Shown in pieces: positions 30,291-40,867 of a DNA stretch of 64,000 bases. The stretch's first letter is position 1. Each line of letters starts with the position of its first letter. Location of the stretch: NCBI GenBank assembly GCA_965226495.1, contig OZ245365.1:640001-704000 (forward strand), in the 5' to 3' direction. The translations under genes and the position numbers were made by a program. The stretch comes from Candidatus Marinacidobacterales bacterium. GTDB lineage: Bacteria; Acidobacteriota; Vicinamibacteria; Marinacidobacterales; DATDRI01. The notes under the pieces were generated by a model. That model was not told where the DNA came from. It saw only the letters and a program-made list of their open reading frames with translations, and ran no database searches.

Positions 30291-33200
30291 GCTCGCACGA
30301 AAAGAGATTGGATACCTCCGCCATGTGCTCCCGCAGCTTCCTCAACCGTCCGACCAAATTGAGGAAGACGAGCGCACGCAGCGGGAGGGAATTTTCATCG
30401 CCCTGGCGCGGTTCATTCCGCGCGCCTTGGACAATAGACCACTGGTGCTCCTGGTGGATGATCTTACCGCCGCGGACGAGGCAACGCTTCTGCTGTTCCG
30501 GTGGCTCGTGCGTTCCACGAACCTAAAAATGCTGGTTTGTGGCACGTCCATGAAGCTCCTCACGCTTGGCGAGGAAGACGAATCACCGCTTCGCCGTTTT
30601 TATGGAACGTACCACGAGGAGCTAGACATCCAAGCGATTCAATTGCGGCCTCTGAAGTCGAAGGACATCGCCGAGTTTCTCAAGGGAGCCTTTCCGGGGT
30701 TGAATCTATCCGAGTCGTTCGCCGAGGAGCTCGAGCGGCTGACCTATGGCAATCCGCTCTTTCTGACGGAGATCGCACGAAAGCTCGTCGCCAACGACAA
30801 GATAAAGCTGGTAGGTCGACAATGGATATTGCAGCCGCTTAGCGCCGGTTACCTTCCTCGGTCTCTCGAGGAGGTCGTTCTGGAAAAGATCTCCGCCCTC
30901 AACGATTCGGATCGCGAGTTCCTCGCCCGAGCGTCGACCCTCGGCGAGGATGTCCCGGTGAGCCTCTTGACGGGGAGCTCTCAAGAGCAGGAAACCGCGG
31001 TCCTGGAGTTCGTGGATCGGGCGGCGGCACTTGGACTCGTGAAACTCGATTTTCAGTTGAACGACGAAACCATGCGCTTTCTTGGAAAACGAGTGCTGGA
31101 GATCAGCTACGGCGCCATTGAGCCAGAGAAGCGGAAGGCTCTCCACGAGAGTATTGGTGATTACCAGGAAGGCTTGGCCAAGCAACACCTGATGTCATCC
31201 GCGTCGGTGCTGGCCTACCACTTCCAACGTTCTGCGAACCAAGAGAAGGCGCGGCGATACGAACAGATGCGACGTGCCTACGGTGAAGCGACCTTCAGCG
31301 GCGAGGAAGCCGTCAATTATTCAGGCGAGTTGCCGGAGCTCGATGCGCAAACGGAACTCCCTTTGGACGAGGAAAGTCTTCGGGTCGTCCATGACCTCCT
31401 GCGCTCCGTGCTGTCCGCGGTGCGTAGTCTCAAGCTGTATCCTGCCGAGAGTCCTGCGATTGCGCGCGCGCGACGTCAGGTCAAGGAAGTCCTGGACCGG
31501 CTTCTGGACCAGAACCCAGTGGTACGGCTTTCCCGCACCCAGCGCACCCTTCGAGTCAACGATCAACCTCTGAAGGTGGCAGAGTATCGGTCGCTCACCA
31601 AGGCCTTCATCGCGCTCATGGACGAGTCAGATTTGGATGCCATTCGATTTCGTAGTCAGGTTCCAGAGGAAGAGCTCGACATCGTGCTGCAAACACTTTC
31701 CGAGCTGGAGCCCAAGAAGATCGGGCGGCGATTTTGGCGGAAACTGCGAGAGGAAAAAGATCTGCGACACGTCGAGCCTCAGCAGTTGCCTTCTGCGGCG
31801 GTTCGCAAAATTCGGAAAGCCAATAAGGGAAAATCGAAACGGACGAGCAAGGGATCATCGGCCCCTCCCGTATTTGGTCCAGAGGAAGAGCTTCGAGAAG
31901 ACGAGCTGACCGCGGTACCCAACATCCTCCGCTCGTTTCTCGGGGCGGCCAAGAACGCACGGTTGTACCCCATTGACAGCCAACCGGTGACGAGAGCCGT
32001 CAAGGAGCTCCACGAAGCTCTGAGAGCCGTCCTCAACAAGCGAGCGATCCTGAACCTAGCGTGTGCCGACGACGCCCTGATCGTAAACGGCGCCAAGGTC
32101 AATACCCACGACTACTCCGAACTCACCGAGAGCTTCCTCGCCTTCGTCGACGGGATGCAGCTCAACACTATCTCGTTCAGTGCCGAGCTATCCGAGCAAG
32201 ATGTCGGGTCGTTCATCGATGCTCTTCGCCAGGTTAGTGCCCGTAGTGGCAGTGACAGCGCTTGGGATGAGCTCATCGACAAACACGAGCTGGCCCACGT
32301 AAGCGTCAATCAGGCGAGCTACGAGCTCGCCTGGCGCCAAGCCGGCGATACCCAGGAGCCGGTCGCCGCGAGTGACGTCGTCGAGCTCGAAGAGAAGAAA
32401 GCCCCGAACAAAATAGAGCATTCGATTGCGAATGCTCCTCACGAGCAGATCCAGAAAGATTTCCCGATCCTCGTTTGGAAGCTCCTGGAGGACCGCCAAT
32501 CGGGCGCTTTTGCGCTTCTTATCAGTCGACTGCTTGAGGATTACGCGTCACGTCGCATCGAGCAAAGGGAGCTCACGATCAAGGCGGTCGCGAACGCGTT
32601 CGAGCACGCGAATCTGGCAAATCGCAGCCACTTTGCACAAGCCGCTCTCCCTAGCCTGCTCGAGTGCCTGCGGTCGGAGCAAGACCCCAAGATCCTGCCG
32701 AAGCTGGTTGCCGTCCTTAACCAGATGTCGATGGAGAGTGTCCAGCTCGGCGACTATCAGTTAGCCGGGTTGGTCGTGCAAGGGATTCGGGAGCGACGAA
32801 AACGTCTGAGGGAGGAAGAGCCCGCGTTGGTCGGCGTTCTCGATAAACTGCTACACGTGGATGTCGATGTTCATGCCGGCTCGATCGTTCAGGAAGACCT
32901 TTGTTCCGATGCGGTGAGCCGTCACCGACGGGCGGTGGAGTTTCTTGGGATTTTGGGTGAGCACGGCGTCCCAATCTCGATCGAGGCCATCAAGCAGGAG
33001 AAAAGCCTCCGGGTCCGCCAGTTAGCGGCACGAATGCTCGCGGACGTGGGGCCGGCCGGTGCGCGTGAACTGAAGCGAGCCCTTGCACTAGAGATCACAG
33101 TGGAGCAGAGGTTTCGCATTCTCGAGGTTATCGACCTCGTCACGCGGGATCTCAAGACGGAAATAACCTACAGCCTGGGAGACGCGAACCCCAAGATCCG

Positions 33201-33792
33201 TCGCGCCGCTTTTCGTCTCGCCGAGCGAATGAAGGACGACGAAATCATGGAAGTCGTAGCTCCGTTCGCTCATCGTGAGGACCTAGCGGTGGTCAAGGGT
33301 ACGATTCGCAGTTTGGCGCACATGGGATCGATCGCCGCTGCCAAGGCGGTCACAGCAATTCTCGATAAGACCGGGGATCCCGAGCTGGCGATTGTGTGTT
33401 GTCAGGCTCTCGGTCAAATCGGAGATCCCGCTTCGGTAAAGGCCCTGGTGAAGGCGCTTGGGCGGCGTCGCCGGCTGGGGCTGGCGCCATGGTGGCCACC
33501 GCAAGTGCGTGCGACCGCGGCATTGGCATTGGCACAGATACGTCATCCCTGGGCGAAGACTGCATTGACGAAGTTTGCGCGAGACCCGGAGGCTCAGGTG
33601 CGGCAGATAGCGACTTCGCAGCCGGCAGCTGCTGCGGCCGCGCCAGAATGGGGATCAGAACTGGAACGCTCCGCAGTCGCCCCGATGGAGTTGGAGCCAG
33701 AAGCTGCGGAGAGTAGCAAGGAAGAATTCGAAGAGGAGGGGGCGGAAGAAGCCCAACCTCAGGTGGTCACGAAGCTGCAAGCCGCTGATTAG
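30270..33792 (+). pseudogene. 5'-truncated AAA/STAND-like NTPase fragment + two LYP-type domains + HEAT repeats
   Basis: Walker-B-like PLVLLVDDL and GNPLFLTE present, but no Walker A or convincing start. AVRSLKLYPAESP and AAKNARLYPIDSQP duplicated domains; HEAT repeats (IRRAAFRLA, VRATAALALAQI). Confidence 0.6.
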
Positions 33793-33832
33793 TGGCCTGT
33801 GAACAGTGAACAGAGAACCGAGAACCGACTAC
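33791..33832. repeat. Degenerate heptamer tandem repeat between convergent genes
   Basis: agtggcc-tgtgaac-agtgaac-agagaac-cgagaac-cgactac. Confidence 0.6.
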
Positions 33833-36744
33833 TGACCGGGCCCGTCGTTTTCGGGCTCAGAGGACTCTTCGGAGAGCGTTTCTCTTCTCGCTATTCTCTC
33901 GTACCGGCTCCAGGTTTCCCGATCCAGCGGCTGATCGAGACTGAACTTGTAACGTTTGGGCTTACCCATTCCGAGAACGTCCGCTTCGTAGGTCTCGATA
34001 ATGACGTTCTTGGCATCCGTTCTCTCCATGACACGAATGGCAGAGAGTTCCCACTTCCATTCGTGGGCATCGGAGTTAAAACCGATCGAGCCGCCCTCCA
34101 GGCTCAGGGAGCCTATGCAGCTGCCAAAGCGGTGTCGGTGCCTCGCCTCGAAGGAAACGGGTAGCGTTTTTTTCCAAATCTCGTCGTCGACTTCGGTGAG
34201 CAATTCTGAGGCACCGGAGAACGTCGGGTTCCGTCGAAGTGCCTCTTCCAGCCTCGCCTTGCTCGTTTCGAAGTCTCCGCTTTCTCGTGCTAGCGTCGCT
34301 TCGTAGAAGAGCTGTGGCTCGCTGAGTGCGGCCGCCTCACGGCCAGTGCGTGGGGGAGCTTTCGTTTCGCCACGGGCTCGAGCGAGCAGCTCAGGAGCTC
34401 CGGCAAAGTTGGGGTTCCTGTCGAGCAGCTCCTCCAACTTGACCCTGCCGGTCTCGTTGTCTCCCCGCTCGAGCGCTTGTTTCGCCTCCCTATAGAGCTG
34501 TGCCTCGGTGCGGAAAACCGGGGGACTGGTCTCATCCGAGATTTCTACGTCCTCCCCGTGAACCATTTCGACCGTCTCTACTCCCCGCTCCGGGTCGCGT
34601 TCGGCCTTGGCCAGTAGGTCGGCGGCACCCGCAAACTCAGGGTCCCTTCGAAGCAGCTCCTCCAACTTGGCTTGGGCGTCCGCCGCGGCTCCGGATTCCA
34701 GGTCCTCGTTGGCCGCGAAGAAGAGCTCACTGTCATCCAGTTGCTCGTATGAAGTCGGCGCTTGGAGCTCCCCCTTCTGGACGGCGTCGTGAAGTTCGAT
34801 TTGCGATGCGGAGTCGCTAATTTGCGGCGGTGGCTCTTCGCCACGCATGCTCGAACGCGGAAGTACTAAGAAGGAGACGACGGCTGCCGCGATGACCGGT
34901 ACAGTTATCGCGGCGTAGAGAAGTCGCCTCGGCGTGGAGTTGGGCGCTTTGGGCTCGACCGGGGGCACGGCACTCTCGAGTGGTCGGGTACCTCCCGAAT
35001 CGTCCATCGCCGTCGCGTCGTAAAGGTCCATATCCGTGTGTACTCCACCGGCCGGACCCCGGGTCGGCGTTTGGGCAGTTTCCGCCGCCGCCCCGGTCCT
35101 CGCCAGGTTCGACATCGGGAGGCCCAACGCATGAGAGGCCAAAGCCTTTTTGACCTCTTCGGCACTGGCGAATCGATCCGCGGGATCCTTGGCTAGGCAG
35201 CGCAAGACGATCCCGCCGAGCGCGGGGGAAACGTTCGGATTGATGCTCTCTGGTGACGCCGGCTTCTCGGTGAGAATCGCTTGGGCGGCGGCGGCGAAAG
35301 AGTCACCGGTAAATGGGAGCTTGCGGGTAAGCAAACGGTAGATCACGACACCGAAGGCGAAGAGATCGGTCCGCTGATCGATGGTCCCTTTCGAAAGCTG
35401 TTCGGGTGCCATGTAATTCGGGCTTCCCAGACTGTGCTCGGTGGGCGTCAATTGAGTACCGACGACGTGGGCGATACCGAAATCCATGATTTTCGGGTGC
35501 AGGCCGGGGGTGACGAGGATGTTTGCTGGCTTGATGTCGCGATGAACGATTCCAAAGGAATGCGCGTAGCTCAGCGCATCGAGAATTTCGTGTGCAACCT
35601 GGACAGTTTCTTCTACCTCGAGCTCTCTTTCCTGCGTGAGGGCGGCGAGGGTGGGCCCCTCTGCATACTCCATGACGATGAACGGGCTTTCTTGGTCCGC
35701 GTGCCCCACATCGAAGACAGTCACGATGCCCGGGTGGATGAGCTTCCCGGCGGCTTTCGCTTCCCGGCGAAAACGGTTTCTGTATCGTTCCTGTTCCCGA
35801 GCGGTCAAGAATGTTGCCGCTTGGATCAGCTTGATGGCTACAACACGCTCGATCGCGGGATCCCTTGCCAGGAAAACCGCGCCCATGGAGCCACGTCCCA
35901 AAAGTTCCTGGACCTCGTACCTACCCAGCCGTTGAGGCAGATGGGTGGATGTGGCGGTTACGACGGCAGACTCGCTACCGTCTGCGGCTTCTTTGGCCGG
36001 CTCTGCGGTTGCTGGATTTTCGATGGCCAGTGCTCCCACCGAAACAAGGCTGCAAAGACAACGGAGAGTTTCGTCCGCATCCAAAGGAGAGATCCCGGCA
36101 AGGTCGAAAACGGTAGATGAGCCGTCCGCACGACTCTGTGCGAGATCGAGCACGACTCGCTCTTGAGCAGAGAGTGCATTCTCTTCAAGGGGAAGGGCCG
36201 CAACGTCCGGTTTGCTGATAACTCTCTTGAGATCACCGAGCAAGCTTTTGATCGTCTCCGGATCTTGAATACCCCTGGTGCCTTCCAGGATGACGTCGAC
36301 CGGGGAGAGGTTCATCGCCACGTCCTCAGCGACCGGATTCTCGAGCTCCTCGAAGCGGTACTTCCCGGATACCCAGCCGAATGACGAGTAGACAATGTGT
36401 TTCATGCGCCGGGCGCTCTGAGCCTCAATTTCTTGCGGCGACATGAACTCCATCTCAATGATGGTCTCCACGAGACTTTGCCCGGTCTTCTTCATGATCT
36501 GCCAGGCGAACTCGAGATCGCTACGTTTGATCTTTCCTTCGCGTACTAGAACCTCACCTAGGCGATCCTCATCATCGTCGGACCCGGCAAAGACGATTGA
36601 GCCTTTGTTGAAATAGATCCGCTTGGATACATTCTTGCTGGAAAGATAGAGAACGCCGCTTTTACCGCCAAGGTAGATGGCGCGGACGATTACCGATAAG
36701 GGGTCCTTGCCCAGGTTCCCGTAAAGAGAGAGGATTCGGCTCAT
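33829..36744 (-). CDS. Membrane Ser/Thr kinase with N-terminal DUF4388-like domain, TM helix and three periplasmic TPR-like repeats
   Basis: LGRGSMGAV, VAIK, HRDIKPANIL, DFG, YMAPEQ; N-terminal KSGVLYL…KRIYFNKG…DRLGEVL; three (Q/E)L…LE(E).L.R.P.F.GA..LL repeats. ATG 36744 preferred. Confidence 0.85.
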   Translation of the reverse strand: MSRILSLYGNLGKDPLSVIVRAIYLGGKSGVLYLSSKNVSKRIYFNKGSIVFAGSDDDEDRLGEVLVREGKIKRSDLEFAWQIMKKTGQSLVETIIEMEFMSPQEIEAQSARRMKHIVYSSFGWVSGKYRFEELENPVAEDVAMNLSPVDVILEGTRGIQDPETIKSLLGDLKRVISKPDVAALPLEENALSAQERVVLDLAQSRADGSSTVFDLAGISPLDADETLRCLCSLVSVGALAIENPATAEPAKEAADGSESAVVTATSTHLPQRLGRYEVQELLGRGSMGAVFLARDPAIERVVAIKLIQAATFLTAREQERYRNRFRREAKAAGKLIHPGIVTVFDVGHADQESPFIVMEYAEGPTLAALTQERELEVEETVQVAHEILDALSYAHSFGIVHRDIKPANILVTPGLHPKIMDFGIAHVVGTQLTPTEHSLGSPNYMAPEQLSKGTIDQRTDLFAFGVVIYRLLTRKLPFTGDSFAAAAQAILTEKPASPESINPNVSPALGGIVLRCLAKDPADRFASAEEVKKALASHALGLPMSNLARTGAAAETAQTPTRGPAGGVHTDMDLYDATAMDDSGGTRPLESAVPPVEPKAPNSTPRRLLYAAITVPVIAAAVVSFLVLPRSSMRGEEPPPQISDSASQIELHDAVQKGELQAPTSYEQLDDSELFFAANEDLESGAAADAQAKLEELLRRDPEFAGAADLLAKAERDPERGVETVEMVHGEDVEISDETSPPVFRTEAQLYREAKQALERGDNETGRVKLEELLDRNPNFAGAPELLARARGETKAPPRTGREAAALSEPQLFYEATLARESGDFETSKARLEEALRRNPTFSGASELLTEVDDEIWKKTLPVSFEARHRHRFGSCIGSLSLEGGSIGFNSDAHEWKWELSAIRVMERTDAKNVIIETYEADVLGMGKPKRYKFSLDQPLDRETWSRYERIARRETLSEESSEPENDGPGQ

Positions 36745-36771
36745 TCTATGGGGTGCCCACCAAGGCAAACT

Positions 36772-36978
36772 TCATAAGGTGACGACTTCTTTCCTCGACT
36801 TGTCTTTTTTGTTCTCGACCACGAGTTTGCCCCCGTCCTCCTGCGCGCGGACTACATAGTTGAGGAGATTCAGGGCTTTTCGCAAAACGTCGGCCTTCGA
36901 CTTGACGCCGAGGGCCTTGATCAGGCCTTGCAGGTCTCTCTCGGCTTCATCCGAAAAATCTATCGTAAATCTCGACAT
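36772..36978 (-). CDS. Ribbon-helix-helix (CopG-like) DNA-binding protein
   Basis: RFTIDFS beta strand, helix, SKADVLRKAL; SD-like GAGTAGGA upstream. Confidence 0.7.
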   Translation of the reverse strand: MSRFTIDFSDEAERDLQGLIKALGVKSKADVLRKALNLLNYVVRAQEDGGKLVVENKKDKSRKEVVTL

Positions 36979-37074
36979 GTCCTACTCTTTGAGCTCCACT
37001 TCCGGCTGGACCTTGGATACCTCGATACAGGCTTTACATAAAAATGATGCTGGAACGACGCCATATCCATGCGT

Positions 37075-37090
37075 AGCAAACCCTGTGCCT
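37075..37090 (-). promoter_or_regulatory. sigma54 promoter AGGCACAGGGTTTGCT for the RHH-kinase operon
   Basis: Exact -24/-12 spacing on the minus strand. Confidence 0.65.
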
Positions 37091-37171
37091 AGATACGGGA
37101 CCGGGGGCGCCTGCGTAAGTCCAAACCGGGGAAAGACTTAATCGCGCTGGCGAGAGGGGAGACCCACGCGG

Positions 37172-37189
37172 TGTAGGGCAACCCCTACG
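37172..37189. promoter_or_regulatory. Enhancer palindrome TGTAGGGCAACCCCTACG
   Basis: Perfect GTAGGG-N4-CCCTAC core; 99 bp upstream of the sigma54 box. Confidence 0.55.
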
Positions 37190-37210
37190 AAGTCCCGAGA
37201 CCGGCGCCAC

Positions 37211-37258
37211 AAAAACAAAAAGGCTGCCGGAGCCCCTTGGTGGCGCCCCGACAGCCTT
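37211..37258 (-). terminator. Rho-independent terminator after pilY1
   Basis: Minus strand AAGGCTGTCGGGGC…GCTCCGGCAGCCTT stem followed by a T-rich tail. Confidence 0.7.
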
Positions 37259-37273
37259 GGACTTACCTGGTTC

Positions 37274-40200
37274 CTAGAACGGAGACAACCGGAATGCATC
37301 CACTAGAACTTGTATCGTTCCGGCAGAGACCATCGGCTGGGGAAATTCATCACTCCCGCGTACCTGGGTTTCCGACGCGCCGTTCAAACCTCCGCTCTTG
37401 CTCACGTAGAGATGCCCGTCGCGGTGGAATAGCCCGGTGATTTTTCCCTCACCGAGATCGGCACTGTCCTGCACGCCTGCCGTGCTGGGGTCGAGGTCGA
37501 AGGAACCTAACCCCGTCGAGACGCCGGCGGCGAACAACGTGCTGAAGAAGTTCGTCTCGCAGAGCACTGGATCCAGATCGGTACGGTGCGTGGCGAAGAA
37601 AACGACCCCGTTGGAAGGCGTATTCCTAGCCATCACCGGCGACACCGACATCCGTTCTTCGGCAGGTAGGTCGAAGAAGAACTCACCTCCGCTATCGAGG
37701 GGCGCCAGGGTGCCCTTGAAGGCCACGTCACTGGCTAAGATGGTGCCGGAGCTGTCGGTGTCTTCGATGCCCGCGATCTTGAAGCGTTCCGGGTCGACGA
37801 GATCCACTCGGCTGTCATCACCGGTTCCAACGAAGACGAGGATTCGGTCCGAGCCGGAGAGTTTCATGACCGCGGCTTGAGTGGCGATGGGCTGATTGTA
37901 GAAGCCTTGAGCCTCCGCTTGGTCGGCCTCGCTCGTTAACTCGAAGAAGACACCGAACTCCCAATTGTCCGGATCGGCGTCGGTGAGATCCAACTTGTGG
38001 ACCACGCCTTGTAAGTCGCCGATATAGGCGCGGGTCACGAAGTCCCTCCCGTCGGCGACTCCCGGGTCGTGCGGGTTGAGAAGAGCCGGTGTGGCGACCA
38101 GGGCATTTTGGTCGACCCCGGGTTCACCCGCACCGCCATCCACCTTGTCGGCGATCGGTCCCATCTTCTTGTAGATGGTTCCGTCCTCGAGCTTGAGAAC
38201 GTAGAAGTATCTCCCCTCGTCCGTTCCGTCGCAGCCGTAGCCGGAGCCTGCGAACATCACCCACTGACCCTCGGGGCTACCCGTGTTGACCCTTCCCAAC
38301 ATCGGGAGCGACCAAGTCTCGCCTAAGCCATCGTAGTTGTGGCCGGCGATGCCGGAGCCGTCGGGATCCGCGACTCCATCACGATTCCCTACTGTGAAGA
38401 GCAGGTCCGGCGCAGCGAATCCAGCAGGGATACTCGCTGGTCCCGGCGCCGGTGTCGTCCCATCCCAATCTCCGACATCCGTGATATCCAGGCCGGTCAG
38501 GAACTTGCCACCTATGCCGCGCCCGAAACCGAGCGTCGTGCGCCACTCCGGACTGCCGCTCGGAGCATCTTGGAGATAGGCGTCCTGGACGATCGCCGCG
38601 GATGCAATGAAGAACTCGTGGTTCAAGATGCCGTTCGCGCCCGCTACTAAGTTCTCGACCAGGTTCGGCAGCTTGGTGATGAGATCGTGAGGGACGTAGC
38701 CGTAGAGCTCATAGCCGTTGTCGGCCCGAAAGGCGTGCAGCATGCCCCCGTTGGCTCCCAGGTAAGCGACGGTCAGTCGATTGACTTGAGCGTCGTAGAA
38801 GGTCCCATATTCCACTGCCGGCTCCGGTGCGTCCGCGTCGGGCGACCGTGGCGGATTGAGCACCAGGGCGGCACCGGACCTCGTCGCATCGCGTAGCTTC
38901 CACGTTCGTGTAAAGCCATCGGTTTCGAACTGTGAGAAGTTCAGGGTGACTCCGTCTGACTTGTAGAATCCGTAGGTAACGTCTTGAACGAGACGCCAGC
39001 CCTGGATCACCTTCTCCACGATCTCGACCGCATCGTCGTCGGTCTTGGCTCCCACATTGATAGGGTCGTAGTTCTTCAGAAATCCGGCCGCGACGCCCAG
39101 ATCGCTCGCCGCCAGACTGATTGTTCCCATGACGGTACTCAACTGGCCGCGCGTTCCATTCGGGAGATCGTAGTAGATTCGCCTCGGGTCTGCGCCATCG
39201 CCGATATCGCGCGTCTGGAGCTCTTCGCCGGCGTCCCAGACCTCCGTGAAGTCGGGGATTCGGCTGTTGTCCGCTTGCACTTCGTAGATGTTGAAGGCTC
39301 GCAGATGCCCGTTGAATTCCGGGGTGTCGACCGACGTTGTGAGCAACACGTTGTTGCGGTGGACTGTTCTCAGGTTGCGCGCCTCGAGGTCGGCCCCGTT
39401 GGCGGCCACCAACTCGGAGGACGTTAGAGACGGGTTGGTGTGACTCGCTACGATTTCTTTTACCGTACCGACCACCGATCCTCCCGCGCTCACGGTGGCG
39501 CTGGGCACACCGATCTGGGCGAGCATGTTGGTCAAAGCGTCCACCAGCTTTTGCTCATCCGTCGCAAAGACCGCCGGTCGAGAGCAGCCGATCCCACCTT
39601 CGGGGCCGCACTCCGGCCGGCTCGTCCAACGGTCACCGGAGGCCTCCCAGGCCCAGTTGTTGGCGGCCTTCGTGGCCGTGTTGCTGTCGTCGAACACGTA
39701 GGCGATGAAGATATCTCCCTCGGAGCCGTCGAAATTAGGGTCGATCCGGGTCAGCGCATGCCGCGCCATGATGCCCGTGTTGTAGGTCTCTATGAAGCTG
39801 CCACCGAAGCTAGCCTTATTCTCGAAGACCGGGGCTCCCGGTGTGTCGTCCACTCTCAGCGTCTCAACATCCTCATCCGGCGACGCCACGTAACCGGGCT
39901 CACCGAGGGGCAGTTGAACGACGTTGTCCTCGCAAGCGCAATCTTCCGCACCGTCAGAAAGATAGATGATGATGTTCTTCTGTCCTGGCGGTCGCGAGGC
40001 TCCCATGTAGTTGTTGGCGATCATGTTGGCGATTTGGTCGAGCGAAGGCGCGTTCGCGGTGCCTCCGCCCTTTTTTATTCCACCTTGATTCTCCGGTCGG
40101 AGCATGTCCAGGATGTTCTGCATGTTGTCGTTGTTGCCGCAAGCTACGGGAAGGATCATATCGCCGAGCTCCAGACCTACACAGTTGTCTTGCCTGGAAC

Positions 40201-40633
40201 CCCCTGGCGGGTTCCCGAAGTCGAACGGGTTACCTTGGGCTGTTATCAGCGAGCCGTCGGGGTTGAACTGCTGCGGCACGGCGCACCCGGGGTCATCGTC
40301 CTCGACATCGCCGTCGTCTTGTTTAGCCGTATAGAAGAAGCCCCAGTTGACCCCCTCGCCCACTCCGTTGATCACGAGCTCCAAGGCGTCCTTGGCAACG
40401 TCCAAACGGCTTCTGCTGAACGGGTCTCCGTCGACCGTGTTGGACATCGAGCCCGAGTTGTCGATCCCGATGAAAACGTTGTGTTTGACCTCGATCTTGA
40501 GAATGTCGAGCGGATCGATGCCTCGTTCGATGAGGCATGATGCCGCGGTGGTCCGGCCGCTGTGGATCCAACTGAGCGATATCATGATCGCCAACACCAG
40601 CAACGCGACTCTCTTAAACGTTGTTTTCAGCAT
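37274..40633 (-). CDS. pilY1: PilY1/PilC-family type IV pilus tip adhesin with vWA domain
   Basis: Signal peptide; MIDAS-like IDNSGSM and LSDG; PilY1 motifs YLGANGGMLHAF…ELYGYVP, LGETWS.P, AYIGDLQG.V.K.DL, FVGTG. Confidence 0.8.
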   Translation of the reverse strand: MLKTTFKRVALLVLAIMISLSWIHSGRTTAASCLIERGIDPLDILKIEVKHNVFIGIDNSGSMSNTVDGDPFSRSRLDVAKDALELVINGVGEGVNWGFFYTAKQDDGDVEDDDPGCAVPQQFNPDGSLITAQGNPFDFGNPPGGSRQDNCVGLELGDMILPVACGNNDNMQNILDMLRPENQGGIKKGGGTANAPSLDQIANMIANNYMGASRPPGQKNIIIYLSDGAEDCACEDNVVQLPLGEPGYVASPDEDVETLRVDDTPGAPVFENKASFGGSFIETYNTGIMARHALTRIDPNFDGSEGDIFIAYVFDDSNTATKAANNWAWEASGDRWTSRPECGPEGGIGCSRPAVFATDEQKLVDALTNMLAQIGVPSATVSAGGSVVGTVKEIVASHTNPSLTSSELVAANGADLEARNLRTVHRNNVLLTTSVDTPEFNGHLRAFNIYEVQADNSRIPDFTEVWDAGEELQTRDIGDGADPRRIYYDLPNGTRGQLSTVMGTISLAASDLGVAAGFLKNYDPINVGAKTDDDAVEIVEKVIQGWRLVQDVTYGFYKSDGVTLNFSQFETDGFTRTWKLRDATRSGAALVLNPPRSPDADAPEPAVEYGTFYDAQVNRLTVAYLGANGGMLHAFRADNGYELYGYVPHDLITKLPNLVENLVAGANGILNHEFFIASAAIVQDAYLQDAPSGSPEWRTTLGFGRGIGGKFLTGLDITDVGDWDGTTPAPGPASIPAGFAAPDLLFTVGNRDGVADPDGSGIAGHNYDGLGETWSLPMLGRVNTGSPEGQWVMFAGSGYGCDGTDEGRYFYVLKLEDGTIYKKMGPIADKVDGGAGEPGVDQNALVATPALLNPHDPGVADGRDFVTRAYIGDLQGVVHKLDLTDADPDNWEFGVFFELTSEADQAEAQGFYNQPIATQAAVMKLSGSDRILVFVGTGDDSRVDLVDPERFKIAGIEDTDSSGTILASDVAFKGTLAPLDSGGEFFFDLPAEERMSVSPVMARNTPSNGVVFFATHRTDLDPVLCETNFFSTLFAAGVSTGLGSFDLDPSTAGVQDSADLGEGKITGLFHRDGHLYVSKSGGLNGASETQVRGSDEFPQPMVSAGTIQVLVDAFRLSPF

Positions 40634-40717
40634 GACCTTCCCCTTCGGCGAATCGAAGACCCCCTCCGTAAACTGGAGGATCTTTAGTTTTTAGTTGTCG
40701 GGAACACCCCCAGTCAT

Positions 40718-40734
40718 TGCAAGCATCAAGCCAA
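40718..40734 (-). promoter_or_regulatory. sigma54 promoter TTGGCTTGATGCTTGCA for pilY1
   Basis: Exact GG/GC spacing; AT-rich IHF-like tract at ~40760-40785. Confidence 0.6.
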
Positions 40735-40867
40735 CGCTCGAGCAAGATGGAAAGATTGTCCAAGTAACTGAAAATAAAAGGGATATCTGGACCCAGTGCC
40801 GCCGGCGGGCGATCACACAGGGCGATCGAGTGTTACCGTCGGTAGCGCTTCAGAAGTGGTGTGAAAC

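Noticed and set aside
40696-40713. Extra palindrome-like sites (40696, 17544, 27782)
   Set aside because: Weak matches; possible secondary sites, but not supportable without a motif model.
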